A stretch of 64,000 nt of DNA, from positions 18,228,001-18,292,000 of the forward strand of contig CP158635.1 of the NCBI GenBank assembly GCA_050273025.1, in the 5' to 3' direction. Source of the stretch: Cenococcum geophilum (taxonomy: Eukaryota). Positions within the stretch are counted from its first letter, which is position 1. Each line of letters starts with the position of its first letter. Made by a program: the position numbers and the translations under genes. The notes under the pieces are model-generated. The model searched no databases, was not told the DNA's origin, and saw only the letters and a program-made list of their open reading frames with translations. Shown piece by piece: positions 25,062 to 39,449 of the stretch.

Positions 25062-27180
25062 TATAAGGTAAGGGTCTGGATAGGGAGTCCAATAATAGAA
25101 TAATAGGGTATATTATATAGACAGACAAATCCTTAAGGGAAAAGGAGGAGTCTATGTATAAGGTAAGGAAGGGTTTTCCCTAGGTATATATAGAGCACGT
25201 GCCTTATAAGCGAGTTACCCTTAGGTTGCCCTAGGGTTGCCTATACCTTATAGCTATATAACTATCTACTTAGGGTTTTACCTAATAATACCCCCCCCTT
25301 TAAAAGAATTGTCCCCAATTCTTTATATACTTAAGCCTTAATAAACCTCCATAAAAACCTTAATAAGGAAAAAAAATTTTAAAGGGGAAAGAGCGTCTTA
25401 ATTTTACGTATAGAGAGGTAGGTAGTATATATACGTGGCATAAAAATATTAAGGAACTTTAACCGCCGGTTAAAGTTACCTAATTAGTTAGATTGCTTTG
25501 CTAAGAGTCCCCCGCATTTAACCAAGCTAATAGTAATTTTCTATCCCTAGGATAGAAAATCCTAATTAGTCTATTTAGGGCTCGCCTAAATTTATTAGAC
25601 TATAAAAAATATTCCTAAAGCCTACTTATATAGGTAAGTCGCTAGTAAGTTGCTAGTACCTCGCGGGTAAGTTATAGGTTATTTATATACAGCCAAACTT
25701 ATAGGTAGTAAAATGGTATACCCGTTAAATCCACCGCTAACCCTATACTTTAGCCTTACGCTATACCGGCGTAGCACTATATATACTTCGCGAGTAGGTT
25801 ATAGGTTATTTATATATAGCTAGACTTTAGACGGTAAGGCTATATACTTATTAAATCCGCTACTAAACCTATGTTTTAGCTTTATGCGTTATCTATATAG
25901 CATATACGTAGAATAGTATATAAATTATTAGTATAGGTTATTACTAGCGGGTTACTAGTAGGTTATAGACCCTAGTTATAAGCGGGCCTATTTTCTAATA
26001 TATAAACAATCTGCTAAGCTAGCATAGAGTAACGGACTAGGTCTAGAAAGGGTGCTTTCTAAATTAAGCTTTATTACCGACGTATACCGTAGCCTCGCCT
26101 ATTAGTTACTCCGTATATATACCGTAGTTACTACAATTATTGCTTATTCTTTAATCCTTTAAAATATTCTCTACTCCACTTTAATATAGGTTATATTTTA
26201 GCAGCGGCGCTTATTTTTCGCCTACGCCTTAGCTATAAGGCTAGGGTATCCCACTTACAGTACTTATCTAGCAGTTATTAACAATTCTTAAGTTCTATCT
26301 CGTATTTCTATTTATTATACTTATTTAGCCAACCTAGCCATTTTATAAGGTATTGCAGTTGTCTAGCACAATCCTAGTAAGTAATAATTACTTCTACTTT
26401 CTAACTGCCTTTCTTAAGCTCTTTTATTACCAGGGTTTAAAACCTAGGGTATAACCTATAAGGCTCTAGTAAGGAGATATAGAAGACTAGGTAAAGCCAT
26501 GCTATAGTAAGTGGGAGCTCTAGCTTATATACTTACTACCCTATACGTTTTAGGATCTAAAACGGTCCTATAAACTTACTATTAAGCTTCTTATAGGGAC
26601 GTTTTATACGGATATTAGAAGAGAGTAGGACTTATTTACCGACGGCAAAATGTTTAGCAAATGGTAACAATTATAGTATTTTACCTAAAGCTATTAGGCG
26701 TATATTATTAACGCCGCTACAGCCTTATATATAAGACGTAGGCGTTACAGATATATCTCTACAAGTTTAATATTTGTTAACTTAGACCCCTTCCCTCCTT
26801 ATTAGGCGTCTTAGATGCCGTCTAGGACTTTATTTAAGACATTTAATAGCTAGCTATAGGCGAGCTTAATAGGGGAACGCTTTGTTATAGTATAGACCTT
26901 AAAGTTATAAGTAAAGGCTGCTTCTTTAAGTAAGGAGGCCTAATTAGACTATTCCTAGTTCGTAAATATATATAGGTATACCTTAAATTCCTAGTTCTAG
27001 CGTTCCGTCTAATTATCTATCTATAGGTAGAATGCAGTGCTAAGCTTACGCTAAACGCGGAGATAGTAGCATATAGTATTCTAGTACTCGCTTGTAAATA
27101 CGCTACCCCTATTAAAGACAATATTGTCTAAAGGCCTTATTTACGCAAAGACCCTAAATATTACGGACCTTATATCGGCA
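25062..27180 (-). mobile_element. Gypsy/chromovirus 3' half: integrase, chromodomain-like tail, PPT and 3' LTR (~25062-25287)
   Basis: Integrase reads DNIVFNRGSVFTSEY*...KLSTAFYL*IDN*TER*N (restores to SDRG; STAFHPQTDGQTERQN). PPT cccccccctttaaa at ~25291 adjoins the LTR end. Confidence 0.85.
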
Positions 27181-27266
27181 GTAGTACGGCTATTAAGGAG
27201 AGATATAAACGGGTTAGTTAAGATAGTATAGAAGGCGCTAAAACCAATTAAGCTATAGAATAAGGG

Positions 27267-30200
27267 GTAACTAAGTTACGTAGCTAGTTACGTTATAGGT
27301 TCGGGACGTAGGGACATAGGAATATAGGAACGCGACGTACCGACGTACTAACGTACTAACATACTTAGTATATTTCTAAGGCGCAATATTGTATATTTAA
27401 AGGACTATAGTCCCTACCTAGATAGTTCTCTTCTTTATAGTGAATCTTAGAATATAATTAGAGTTAATCTGTTAGGCAACTACTCTACCAGTTATTATTA
27501 CATTGTTAACTTCTTATTTACCTATATACCTAGCCTATTAATAAGTTTACCGTAGTTCCTACTACAAGGCTTTATTATATTAACAAAGTTAAATAATATA
27601 CTACTAAAAGCAGCAGTTATAACGGCGTTAATAGCAGCAACTATATTGGGATTAGGTAACGACACTAGCATAGCAAATACTAACTCTTAGCTAGTTACGG
27701 TTAGACAGCTATAGGAAATAGTTAATTAATTAATAGACAATAATAGAATACTTAAAGAAAGGATTAATGGGATTGGAGTAGCTAAAGTTAAGCTACTATT
27801 AATTAAGCGATTCTTAGGGGAGAAGTTAAAGCTTAAGGGATTCCTTATATAAATGCACTTTAAGGTTATATAAAAAGAAGCGAAGCTAGCAACGTTTATG
27901 GACTAAGTTGCCTATATAGGATTATTCCTAACAGGAAGGGTACTTAAGTAGTTTAAGCCTTACCTAATGGAGGTATAGAAAAACGGCATAGCAACTACTA
28001 ACTAAGAGGTACGGTATATATTCGCTAGTTAGAATGGGTTTACGAAACGCCTAATATAAATATTTAAAGACCTAGAGGCAACTACTATAGTAGAAAAAAA
28101 GCTTTAAAACCTAATATAGAGGACTTTAGTAATTAAGTACACGATATAGTTTTAAACACTAGTAATATAGGTCGAATGGAATAATAAGGCGCTTATGGTA
28201 TAGTATAAGCATGGACTTAAGGTAAAAGTTTAGGACGTAATTATTCTAATGGAAAATATAGATACACTTAGTAAACTAATAGATTAAGTAATTAAGATTA
28301 ATAATAGGATCTATTAACGAGAATAGGCTAAAAAGGGTTAAGATAGAGTTCTATAGTTGTATAAGGCGTAAAGTACGCAATAATAGAATTAAAACTAGAA
28401 ACTATAGTATGGCGTAGAGCTAATGGATCTAAGCGGTACTAAAGAATTTAAAAAAGGGAATAAGAAACTATGAAAACCTAGAGGTAAAGGATTAAGTAAT
28501 TATAGAACTAAGGAATAGAGGTTAAACCAAGGATCTTAGTAGCAGAAGACGTTTAGGCAGACTCTATCGTAAGAAAAATGGTTTAAAAAAGGAGCTTACA
28601 TAAATTGCGGAAAATAGGGTTATTTTGCTAGAAACTGTAAGAGTAGTTAGAGTAACTATACGGTAAAGGGAACTAGGCTAGTAGAAGATATATACGTATA
28701 AAGGGACGATAGTGCACTATAAGGAACCAAGGAGTATTTAATTAAAAGTTTTACGTTCTGTTATAATAATATATACTAAATTTATAAAGACGCTAAGTAT
28801 AGCGTAACCTATTAGCTATAGGAGCTAAAATTATTAAAGTTTAAAGGAACTAACGAACTATCGTATAGATTAGATATTAAGGACGATAAATTTAATATAG
28901 GTGAAATATTTAGTAATAATAAGATAATAAAGGTAGCTTACTAAGAGTATAAACCTTAGAGATATTATAATAGAGGTAGAAGTTAAATCTACTATAGAGG
29001 ATGGATTAGTAATAGGGATCGAGACTCTATTAGACACAATATCTATTACTTTATAAGACGCAAGAGAAGTAGGATAGTAAACTACTTTAGAACTTAATAA
29101 AGGTAAAAGGCCTAAGGCTTAAGACTTTAAAGAAAGGATAAGAGTATAAGCTAGTTATCTATAAGGATGGATTAAAGCTAGAGATTAGAAAGACGAGATT
29201 TCTATAATAAAGGGAAAGAATCCTATAATAGGTAAATAAAGTGTTTAGCCTTAGAGTTAAATAGCCAATATTAAAATAATAAAGTTTACAGATCTAGAGC
29301 ATTCTAGGGCTAAACGCAAACTAAAAGAAAACTAAAAAAGATTTAAGAATTAAATTAAAGTGTAGTAAGAATAAAGAGGCTACTAAGGGTTAAGAATACT
29401 AAGTAGGCTAAGGGTTAGAGTACCTATATAAAAGATTATTAATAAGCTAAGAATAGGTACGCTAAGAGTAAAGTGGCTTAAAAAACTGGAATAAGAAGAG
29501 GACTTAGAAGTCCTAACTAGATTTAAAAAAAAGGCATACTAAAGGTTATAACAATATAGTAATAATAAGATATTTCCTTATAGATAGATTATATATGCTT
29601 ATAGAACTATATTAAAAGTAGTATAAATAGCGATATAACGATAAGTAAAAAGACTTTTATATATTATAGAGAAGTGTATAAGTTATATTAAAGGAGTATT
29701 AATTATAACATTAAGAAATCTAGAAGAAAGATCGGAAGATTAGAGAAGTAAGAGGTAAATTATAGTATCTATAAATAAGAGACTAACGTTTATATTAGCT
29801 AGATAGAGGTTTAAACTTAAGGATAAAGACGAGCTAAAAGTTAACCTAAGGCACCTAGCGCATTATATATTGGTATAAATTGCGTATATGGATAATATAT
29901 ACGATATATATAAAAATCTATATAAAAAAAAGAATTAGAAGTACCCTATAAGGATATATTAGGCGCTAAATAAGTAATAGTATGGAAATGTTAAGTATAT
30001 ATATGGCTAGTATCTAGTAAAAGTCTAAGGATTAGAAGACTTAATACTTTAACTAAAAAGATTCCTTATAGACAAATGCTTAGATAGATAATAGTGGTGG
30101 GAATACTCAGAGAATATATATCTATAGTATATTAAGGATAAAAAGCGAACTAGGTATTGGCTAAAAAACGAGCTAAGTATAATAGGATTAAGCAGCTAAT

Positions 30201-33200
30201 AGTTAGAAAAAGTAGAGGCTTATAAAACTAGAGGAAGCTAGTAGTAAAGCCTTAAACCCTTAAAGGAATTTAAGAACAATACCTAAATTTATAAGTTAAT
30301 AAATAAGATTAACAGTTTAAAGCACTAGTAGATAGTAGAGTAATAAGAAACCATATCTTACTAGTAGTAGTTAAGCGGATAAAATTACCTTATAGATAGA
30401 AAAAGCATCCTTATTTACTAGTTATAATTTTAGAAGATCTAATAGCCTATAGAGGAGGTATTATTAACCTTAAAATAGGACCTATTTAGATAATCATTAA
30501 AGGAAAATAAATTAAGATGTTATTTAATATCCTACTATTAGGACGGGATAAGATAGTGCTAGGAATGCCTTAGTTATAGAAATATAATTTAAAGATTAAT
30601 TAGGTTATAGGTTAAGTTAATATTAGAGATACTTAATAATATAAGAGACGTATAATAACTAAGTTAGTATAGTACTAAGTCGGAGCGATATATAAGGAAA
30701 CTAAAAAGGGGTTATCTTATATATTAAAGAGATACTATAAGTATAGTAAAAAATTATAGAGTCTAGAAAGTAAAAAGCTATTAGAATATATAGTATAGGA
30801 CTATAAAATAGAGTTAGAGCTAGGAACGAGTCTAAAGTTCTTTCTAACCTATAAGCTTACTAAAGAAGAGTTAAAAGCACTTAAAGAGTTTATCTAGGAA
30901 AACCTATAAAAAGGATATATTAGACTATTATAGTTATTAGTAGGATATCTAGTACTATTTATACTAAAGAAAAACGGAAAACTTAGGCTATATATTAACT
31001 ATAACGTAATCCACTAGCAAGCTGGCCACACAAGCATCCTGGCCACCCCAAAAACTCACCAAAAATTAGGAAATTCATACTTTAATATCTCAACAACCAC
31101 TTCATAATAAATTTTAATAATTTAGATTTGGACTTTTATATACACTCTACAGCTTCTATTAAATTTGCATAGTAATTAGTTTAGTAGTTTTTAAGATGTT
31201 ATAATTTGGGGGCCAAAATAAAGTTAAATCGCTATATCTTAAAAACTACTAAACTAATTACTATACAACTTTAATAAAAAGCTATAAAGCGTATATAAAA
31301 ATCCAAATATAAATTATTAGAATTTATTATAAAGTGGTTGTTGAGATATTAAAGTATAAATTTGGTGAATTTTGAGGTGGCCAGGATGCTTGTGTGGCCA
31401 GCTTGCTAGTGGATTACGTTAGATAGTTAAATAGCATTACTAGAAAGGATAGGTATTTTTTACTCTTAATTAGCAAAATTTAGAATTAGATAGGTAATGC
31501 GTAAAGCTTTATAAAAATTAATCTAAAATGGGCGTACTATTAGATTAGGATTAAGGAAGGCAATAAATAAAAGGCAGTCTTTAGGTTAAAGAAAGGACTA
31601 TATTAGCTATTAGTTATACAATTCGGACTTATAAACATACTAGTAACATTCTAAAAGCAAATTAATAGCATATTAGGAGAATACTCTAATAAGTTTATTA
31701 TAGTATACCTTAACAGTATTATTATTTACTTAATAACTAAGGAAGAATACGGAGAATACGTTAAATAGATTTTAAAGAGACTATAAGAAAAACAGATGCT
31801 AGTAGTAATTAAAAAATTTAAGTTCTTTACTAGGAAGACCAATTTTGTTAAATTTATTATTAAACTAAGTTATATTAGTATAGACCTAAAGAAGATAGAA
31901 GCTATAGTAAGTTAGTAAGAACTAGAGAACGTAACGCAGCTAAGGTTATTTTTAGGGTTTTACAACTACTATAGAAGGTTTATAGTATAGTAGTTAAATA
32001 ATATTAAACCCTTTACTAAGCTTATAAAGAAGGAGGAACTATAGGTATAGGGAAATAAGTAAAGAAAGTTATTTAAAGAACTTAAGGAGTTATTTACCTA
32101 GGAACTAATCCTTAAGATCTATTAACTAGAACTAGAGATAGTTATAGAAACGGACGTATTAGACTTTATACTAGAAGTATATTTACTATAAAAGTATAAA
32201 AATATATAGCATTTAGTGGCATACTATAGTTAGAAGATAATACTACTAGAGTTAAACTATAACATCTATAACAAGAAGTTATTAGGTATAGTAGTAGTAC
32301 TTAAGGAATAGAGAGCGTTCTTATAAGGTATAGAAAAACTATTTATAGTTAAAATGGATTATAAGAACCTAATAGGGTTCCTAATAATAAAAGAACTTAA
32401 TAGGAAATAGGTTAAATAGGTAAAGATACTTACAGAATACTATTTTAAGATTTAGTATATTAAGGGTACTAAGAATATAAGGGTAGATATATTAAGCAGA
32501 AAGGCTAAACTATAAAACAATAAGAAGCTATTAAGGGCAATATTACGCAGAGATAGTAATAGATTTATTAGGTATAATTATCCTAAGATTATAGTAACTT
32601 AAGAGTACGAACTACCAGAAAGTAATTAGATAAAAAGGATCTAAGAGGCGTAGTTTAAGGACCTAGAAATGGACTAATATAAGTAGAGAACAAGTATATA
32701 TATCCCAAGAGGAATAGCAGAAAAATTTATTAAAGATTTCTATAGGGGAATAATATAAGGATATAATGGAGCTATAGGCTTAGTATTAAGACTTTAGGAG
32801 GAATATATTATTTATAAAACCTAGGGCTTAGTAAGAAAGGTTATAAAGGAATGCCTAGATTACTAGAGGAATAAGTTAATAAGATATAGGCTATATAGAA
32901 AGCTATAACCTATTAAGACACTAGAAAGACTATAGGAAGTTATATTATAGGACTTTCTTATAAAGTTACTAAAATTAAAAGATCCTATTACTAGATAAAA
33001 GTATATTATAATCCTTATAATAGTAAACAAGTTAACTAAATAGGGCTACTTTATAGTATATATAGAAGAAATCTTAGTAAAAGATATTACTAGAATCTAT
33101 ATTAAAGAAGTATTTATAAAATATAGAGTACTAAGCAAGATTATATTAGATAGAGATCTAAGATTTATAGTAGTATTTTAGAAAGTATTCTTAGCGGAAC

Positions 33201-33700
33201 AAGGACTAAAAGTAGTAACTTTTACCGTATATTATCTATAGATGAATAAATAGATAGAAAGATTAAATTAAACACTAGAATAGTATTTAAGATATTATAT
33301 TAATTACGCACAGAATAATTAGGTATTATTATTACTAATTATATAGTTTATATACAATATAACGCTATAGGAAGGTATAGAGATGTTACTATTTTAGGCA
33401 AATTATAGATATAAGTCTAGAATATTATTATTACTATAATAAGTAAAGAAAATAAGTAGTATAGTAAAATAAAGAATAGAGATATTAATAAATCTTTATA
33501 TAAACCTTATAGAATTAATAAAATAGTATAAGAAAGGATAAAAAAGTACTATAATACTAAGAGATCTAAGGGACTAGATCTTAAGGAGGGGGATAAAGTG
33601 TGGCTATTATATAAATTTTTTAAGAGTTAACAACTAAGTAAGAAATTAGACTACGTTAAACTAAAACCTTTTAAAATTGCTTAAAGAATTTTACTAGCTA
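27267..33700 (+). mobile_element. Gypsy element family A, copy 1: 5' LTR (~27267-27579), gag-pol from ~27598, truncated within integrase
   Basis: Gag FLGEKLKLKGFLI*MHFK; CCHC knuckle at ~28600 (YINCGK*GYFARNC); RT KKNGKLRLYINY-R*LN and IVYLNSIIIY; RNase H ETDVLDF and NYNIYNKKLLGIV; integrase DRDLRF, ending near GPFKI at ~33680-33700. The LTR is homologous to 50473-50780. Confidence 0.92.
31004..31419. mobile_element. Fot1-type MITE (416 bp), near-perfect palindrome, inserted in RT
   Basis: TIRs acgtaatccactagcaagctggccacacaagcatcctggccacc; TA TSDs at 31002-31003 and 31420-31421. Removing it restores aactatagatag (DYRQ). Confidence 0.95.
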
Positions 33701-33719
33701 TTTTATTATGCGGGAAACT

Positions 33720-35480
33720 GTATTAGGAAATGGAGGCTTCCTTTATAGGCAAGGCGCCCTCGTTTATTAACCCCGGCTAAGCTAAGACTGCCCCTTAACC
33801 TTAACCATAAAAGGCCATTTCTCTTACCGCTTTTCCTCTTATCCTCTATCTTTCCTTCCTCCTAATATTGCGCCTCCTTCTCTTCTTACTACTAGTCCCT
33901 AGCGTAGTCGCATTAAGGCATTTCTACTATCCCTTTAGCGCTAATATATATGCAAGTCTAGTCCGCTTATTACTTTATTCCCCTATATCTTAGACTAATA
34001 ATTAATATAGTTAACTACGGCCTTTCCAATAAGCGAGTCTTTATTCTATAGTAATATATAAACGGTCTTAGCCTCCTTTTCTAATTCCTGCCTCTAGAGC
34101 CGATGGCTTTAATTTTTATTAAGCTCTTTTAGTGCCGCCTCTGTCCGCTAAGCATGTTTATATCCTTATAATTTTGTTCTCTCTCTTATATATACCCTCT
34201 CTTTTTTTACCTTCTAGATAACGCTAGTCCGCAACCGTCCTATAAAAAGGGGGTTAGGGGAATTCCGTAGTTACTAGCCGCGTTAGTACTATTATCTTAT
34301 TTAACTTTACTACATATCTCCTTTTAAGGTAGGAAGGGACAGGCGTACTATATTACCCCCCTTAAGGGCTTAAGTAAGCTTACGTTATACTCATTTTAGC
34401 TAACTTACGCGCTATTTCCTTACCTAGGATATACTATTAGTTAGATAGCCCACTTTAGCGTTTGCCGATAGCTAAAGCCACCTATATTATAACTAGTATA
34501 TCTACTAGGCTACCTAGTAAAAAAGCGGCTGGATATTACTAATTTAAGTAACCACCCTATATGGGGCTGTATTAGGCATTATTTAAACAGATATTACACG
34601 GAGTATTGTTTAGGTGGCTATATATACCTGCCTAGTAGTATAATTATATTACCATAGATATTTTAGAGACGCTGTTTAATCTACTAGTTTAGGGCTAAGG
34701 GGCTATTAGCTCTACCTAACTACTTAATAGTAAAGCAGTAAAGGATTAATAATTTAGGCTTTTAAGCTATAGGGCTATATAGGAACCACCTAAATTAAAA
34801 TTAGAAGGTTGTAGCTTTTGGGCGTATAATAGATTAGCGGCATAGCGGTATAACTATAAAGGAATCTCTAACACTAGCTAGCTATATTAGGAGGGCGAGT
34901 ATTATTATATAGTCTTTTACCTAATATATTTATAGATATATATACAATTACTAAGTAAGTGGTAGGTATATCCGTTACTAGGCGGTTAGTATTAAAGAGC
35001 CCCACTTACTACTAATAAGGATACTACCTTCTTCTATTATAGATAGCTTATAACATATACGTATAAGTAGGGCTTTACCTACTAATATAAGCGTCGGAGA
35101 AGATTAACTAGATTGGCATTATTAGGAAGTAAATAGATATATTAGCGCTACCCTTTACTAAGGAACTAGGGTAGAGAATTTACGCCATTAACCTCCTAAT
35201 AAGGGGCTAGATGCGGCGGCTATATTACAGCTAAATACGCTAGCTTAAATGGGCGGATATAGTTTAACTATAATTTACTAAGGCTATTAATTAGGCGCTA
35301 GAATTTAAGCCCTTATAAATCTTACCCTATAAACGGCAATTAACCCTAGTCTATACTAGAGGCGTACGTATTAAATGCTTTAATTTAATAAGAAACCTAA
35401 ATAAGGGGTAAAGGGCAATAGATAGGTACTAGTGGTAAAGGGAGAACTAATATATACTTAAAAAGACTGTTAATCCCCCC
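33720..35480 (-). pseudogene. 3' part of a probable Mutator (MULE)-like transposase
   Basis: Minus strand ~34990-34790 reads PPSNGYTYHLLSNCIYIYKYI (restores to CTC...CKH, SWIM-like), then LQPSNFNL (the SDFDP.W-like motif that follows SWIM in fungal MULEs). No TIR or DDE core recognised. Confidence 0.4.
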
Positions 35481-37504
35481 TTAAAGCTTTTAAAAGCTAT
35501 AAAGTAATAGCAACTCTAATAATAATAATATTAGCACTATTTTAATCTTTATTTCGTATCCCTTACTAAATTTCGCTTAATAAGAACAATTCCTATACTA
35601 GTCCCCCTAGAATATTAATAGCTTTATCTAAGTACTATAGAATTATAGCCCCTAAGAAAAGCGCGAGTAGTAAACCTAAAAGGAGAAATAGGGGAGTACC
35701 TCTTTTCCCCTTAAAAAGTTAAGAAGTATTAAAAGCTTAGGCACTTAATAGCATATTATTCTACCTAGGGCCTTAATTTAGAGATTTTATCTAATAAGGC
35801 ACCTATAGACCTTATATATAATTACAAGAAAGCTTATAATAAGTATTATAAAAATAATAAGGATAATAAGGAAGATTTTTATAGGGATAGAAATAACAGT
35901 CAAGTCTCCAGGAAAAGTAGTTAAGGTAATTATCCCACTACTCTCCCTCTTTCCCTAGCAGTTTTAAATATATAGTTTTAATAACTAGTAGCAAATCTAA
36001 TAGTTATTAAATACGATATAGCCGATTTAGACTTAGAAGCTAAGGGTAATAAAGCTAGTAGCGCTAATAATAAAGCTAGTAAAGCCGATAACTAACTAAT
36101 ACCCTATAAATTGGGTATATGCCTCTATTTAACTTATAATAGCCTTATTTAATAATTATTAGATAACGGGAATAACGGCAGTAATAAGGATAATAAAGAT
36201 AAGGAGTTACCTTTGTTAGAAGCGTTATAAAAGGAGGTACGAGTACCTACGTATAATTATACTACACCTTTAGCGCTAGACGGTAATTAAATAGATAATT
36301 TAGCTAAGGGGCGTTATATTAGAACTACTCCGCAGTTTAGGTAAAAGCTTAGAATATTAGTAGCTACTAGTTAAGAGTCTTTAAAAGCCAAAAAGTTAAA
36401 AAAGTAGAGGTCCGATTAGCTCGATTAATTAGGTAGTATTAATTATATCTCTAATACCTCCGTTAATAAGAGTGGCGAGAGTATATAACCTAGGAAGTAA
36501 TAAAGGTTACCTGCTTCCTAGAGGACTACGCCTTCTAGCTCTCCTACCCTTAGCCTTAACAACGGTAACGGTATTAAGGAGTAAGCGGTCTCTATTACGC
36601 AGCCTACTAACTCCTCCCCCTAGTACTATACGTCTTTTTATAATACTAAACCACTAGAATATAAGGCTAATAATAGTTATAATTATATTCTAGACGATTT
36701 TATAAACGGCTTAATTAAAGAAAGCAATAATAAAAACAGTAAAAATATTACGGACGAATATAAGGCCAAGAACTATAGCGACGGAAGTAATAATAGTAAT
36801 AATATGAATACTAACAACTCTAGGGACGGTAATAGTAGTAGTAGTAATAAGGATAATAAGGCCTGTGGGTGTATAGGGCGACAAGGATTACCAACCCCTA
36901 TTAATAGTTAATTAAAGATAAAGCGTGCTATAAAGCATTACCTCTAGCAGTTTTAATATTCCTATTTAGTCTTATTTACGCACACGTTTAAATAAAACAC
37001 TATACTTACTAGCAATTATTATAAGCGAGTTGCACCCCCTATATATAATCGCCTATATACCTAAAATCTATTACTAAACTTAGCCTTTAGCTCTAACTCT
37101 AATAAAGCGATACTAGGAGCTGCCTTAAATAATTTAGAAGAATTATTAATCTAAGTGGTTTTAGGCGCTAAGAAGATGGGTTATATATACTAAATATACT
37201 TTCTTAATAACTCTACTTACTAGTTAACCTAGTTAAGCAATCTTAAGAGCTAAAGCCCTAAGAATTAAAGCCTTAAAAGCTAGAGTCTAGAATAAAATTT
37301 ATAAAAAAGGAAGATATATTACTTATCTATTCACTTACTCGCAGAGATAGAGATATATTCTAAATAGTGTATTGTATTGGGGGGTGTAGGCCCGAGGAGA
37401 GGGTAATTATCTCAGCCTGCTGTATTGCATAGTAGGTTCCCTACTATCTCAAGCAGTGATAGATGATTACACACTCATTGCCCCAAACAACGCGTACCGT
37501 TAGA

Positions 37505-37772
37505 AGCTAGCGGTACGAGGCCTGCCCCACAACTAATATAGAAATAGGAATATATCTCGTCTTTTTTTACGCCCGTAGGGTATCGTTAAAAGACCATTTG
37601 GGTAACCTAGAACCTAGGTAATATTAAAGGCTATTAACGACAAACCTAGCAGTACAAGGCCTGCGCCCAATAACCAATTATAGGAGTAGGAATATATGTC
37701 GTCTCTTTGCGCCTATAGAGTATCATTAACAACCGTTCGGGTAGGTAATATCAAAGGCTATTAACGACGACG
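37505..37772. repeat. Tandem duplication of ~135-140 bp
   Basis: ctagc.gtac.aggcctgc...aggaatatat.tcgtct...gcgcc.tag.gtatc.ttaa..acc.tt.gggta...aatat.aaaggctattaacgac occurs twice. Confidence 0.8.
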
Positions 37773-39449
37773 ACGATAGGAGAAGGAAGCTGGAAAGCGT
37801 CAATTCAAAACCTATTGAAAAACCCTATGGGAAAAATTATCAGGAAAGACTACTTATCAACAGCTATTGTGGAAAAACGCGACGCGAAACTTCGCGATCC
37901 TCTAGGGGTAAAACGTTTTATCGCGATAACAATATAACGCCGTACGGCATAGCATTATTAAGGCTATAAGACGAATAAATAACAAAATCTCTATTAAATA
38001 AGCCTTATTTTAAAGCGAAAAGCTAAAAGGCTAATTGTGATAGATATTGATGTTGCTGTTCGGAGGGAAGGCGTGACTTCGCTTTAAATAGACATTTTTA
38101 TTAATTTAAAGGAGGAATATAATCTTTTATAGGAATAGATTAAAGACCGCTTTCTAAAGAGAAGTCTTAGATTACTATAGGCGTATTATTATTTAAAATT
38201 AAAGGCCTGGCCTACTATATAGAAGAAAAGGGGCCGGCCTATTAGGCGGAAGAGACGGTAATAATAATAGTGCCCTTTTTTAGCTTAGAGATCTATTTCT
38301 TATTAACTGGAATTTAAGGCTATAAATTATCCTAATTAGCGCTGGTAATAGGACTGGTGTTTTTAGTGCTAGTTAGCGGTTAATATTTCTTGTTATATAT
38401 TCCATTTATAGCTTAATCTATTTATAACGCATTTCCTATTATATAAGGGCTGTATAAAAAGGTCCGCAAAAGCATTGCTTTTTTAATGGCGGTAAGTAAG
38501 AGCCACTTATTACTACTTACAATGCTATAGATAATAGAAAATATAAGGCTAAAACTACGTTTATAACCTAGCTAGCTAATTTAAATTATATAATATAGTA
38601 GAAACTAAGCGGCAATCCGAATAATATAAAGTCGGGTATTAATAATTAATTAACTTATATACACGATATAAAGGCGTATAAACTACGATAGAAACTTAGT
38701 TTTTCGTTAATTTACCTTACTAATAAGAACGAGCTATAAGAATCTAATTCTTAGAGATATTTTAGTCGGTGAAGGGCTATATATATCTAGTAACTCTAAT
38801 ATATAGCTAAAATACGCGTTATAGCGGACGCCTTACCTATTCTACTATTTAGCTAGTAGCCTAATTATATATATAATATTCTACGCTAGAAAGCTTTAAT
38901 AATAGGGTAAAATAAATCTAGTAGCTTAGCCTAAGAGGTAGCCGCTTAGTAATTCTTTTATATAAGCCTTTCCGTTAGGCACTAATAAGTAAGCGGCTAT
39001 AAACCTATTAGCTATAGCAATACCTCTATTTTCCCTTATAAATATCCGTTAACCCTACTTCGCTAATTATTTATAGTATAGTTCCGTAAAGCCGCTCTTT
39101 ATTTAAGCCTATAATCTACCTCTTTTTATATTTCTTATATTCTACCTTTTACAGTTATCTAGTAATTCTATTCTTACTATTAAGGTAAATATTAGCTTAG
39201 CTATTTTACCCATGTAGTGTATACCTAATTATTTACATCTTTTATAATAGTTATGCTTTAATACGTATATACTTTATAGCCTTTTATTCTAAAACAAATT
39301 CCTAAAGTAGCCGCTATTTCTCCTTAGATGGCTATCTATAATTAAAAAAGCTTTATAAAAGACAATATTTACTTAATATTTTACGTCTATAGAATACCTC
39401 TCCTTTATAGCTACTAGTCCTGCTAACTTTTATAGTTACACTTTTAGCT

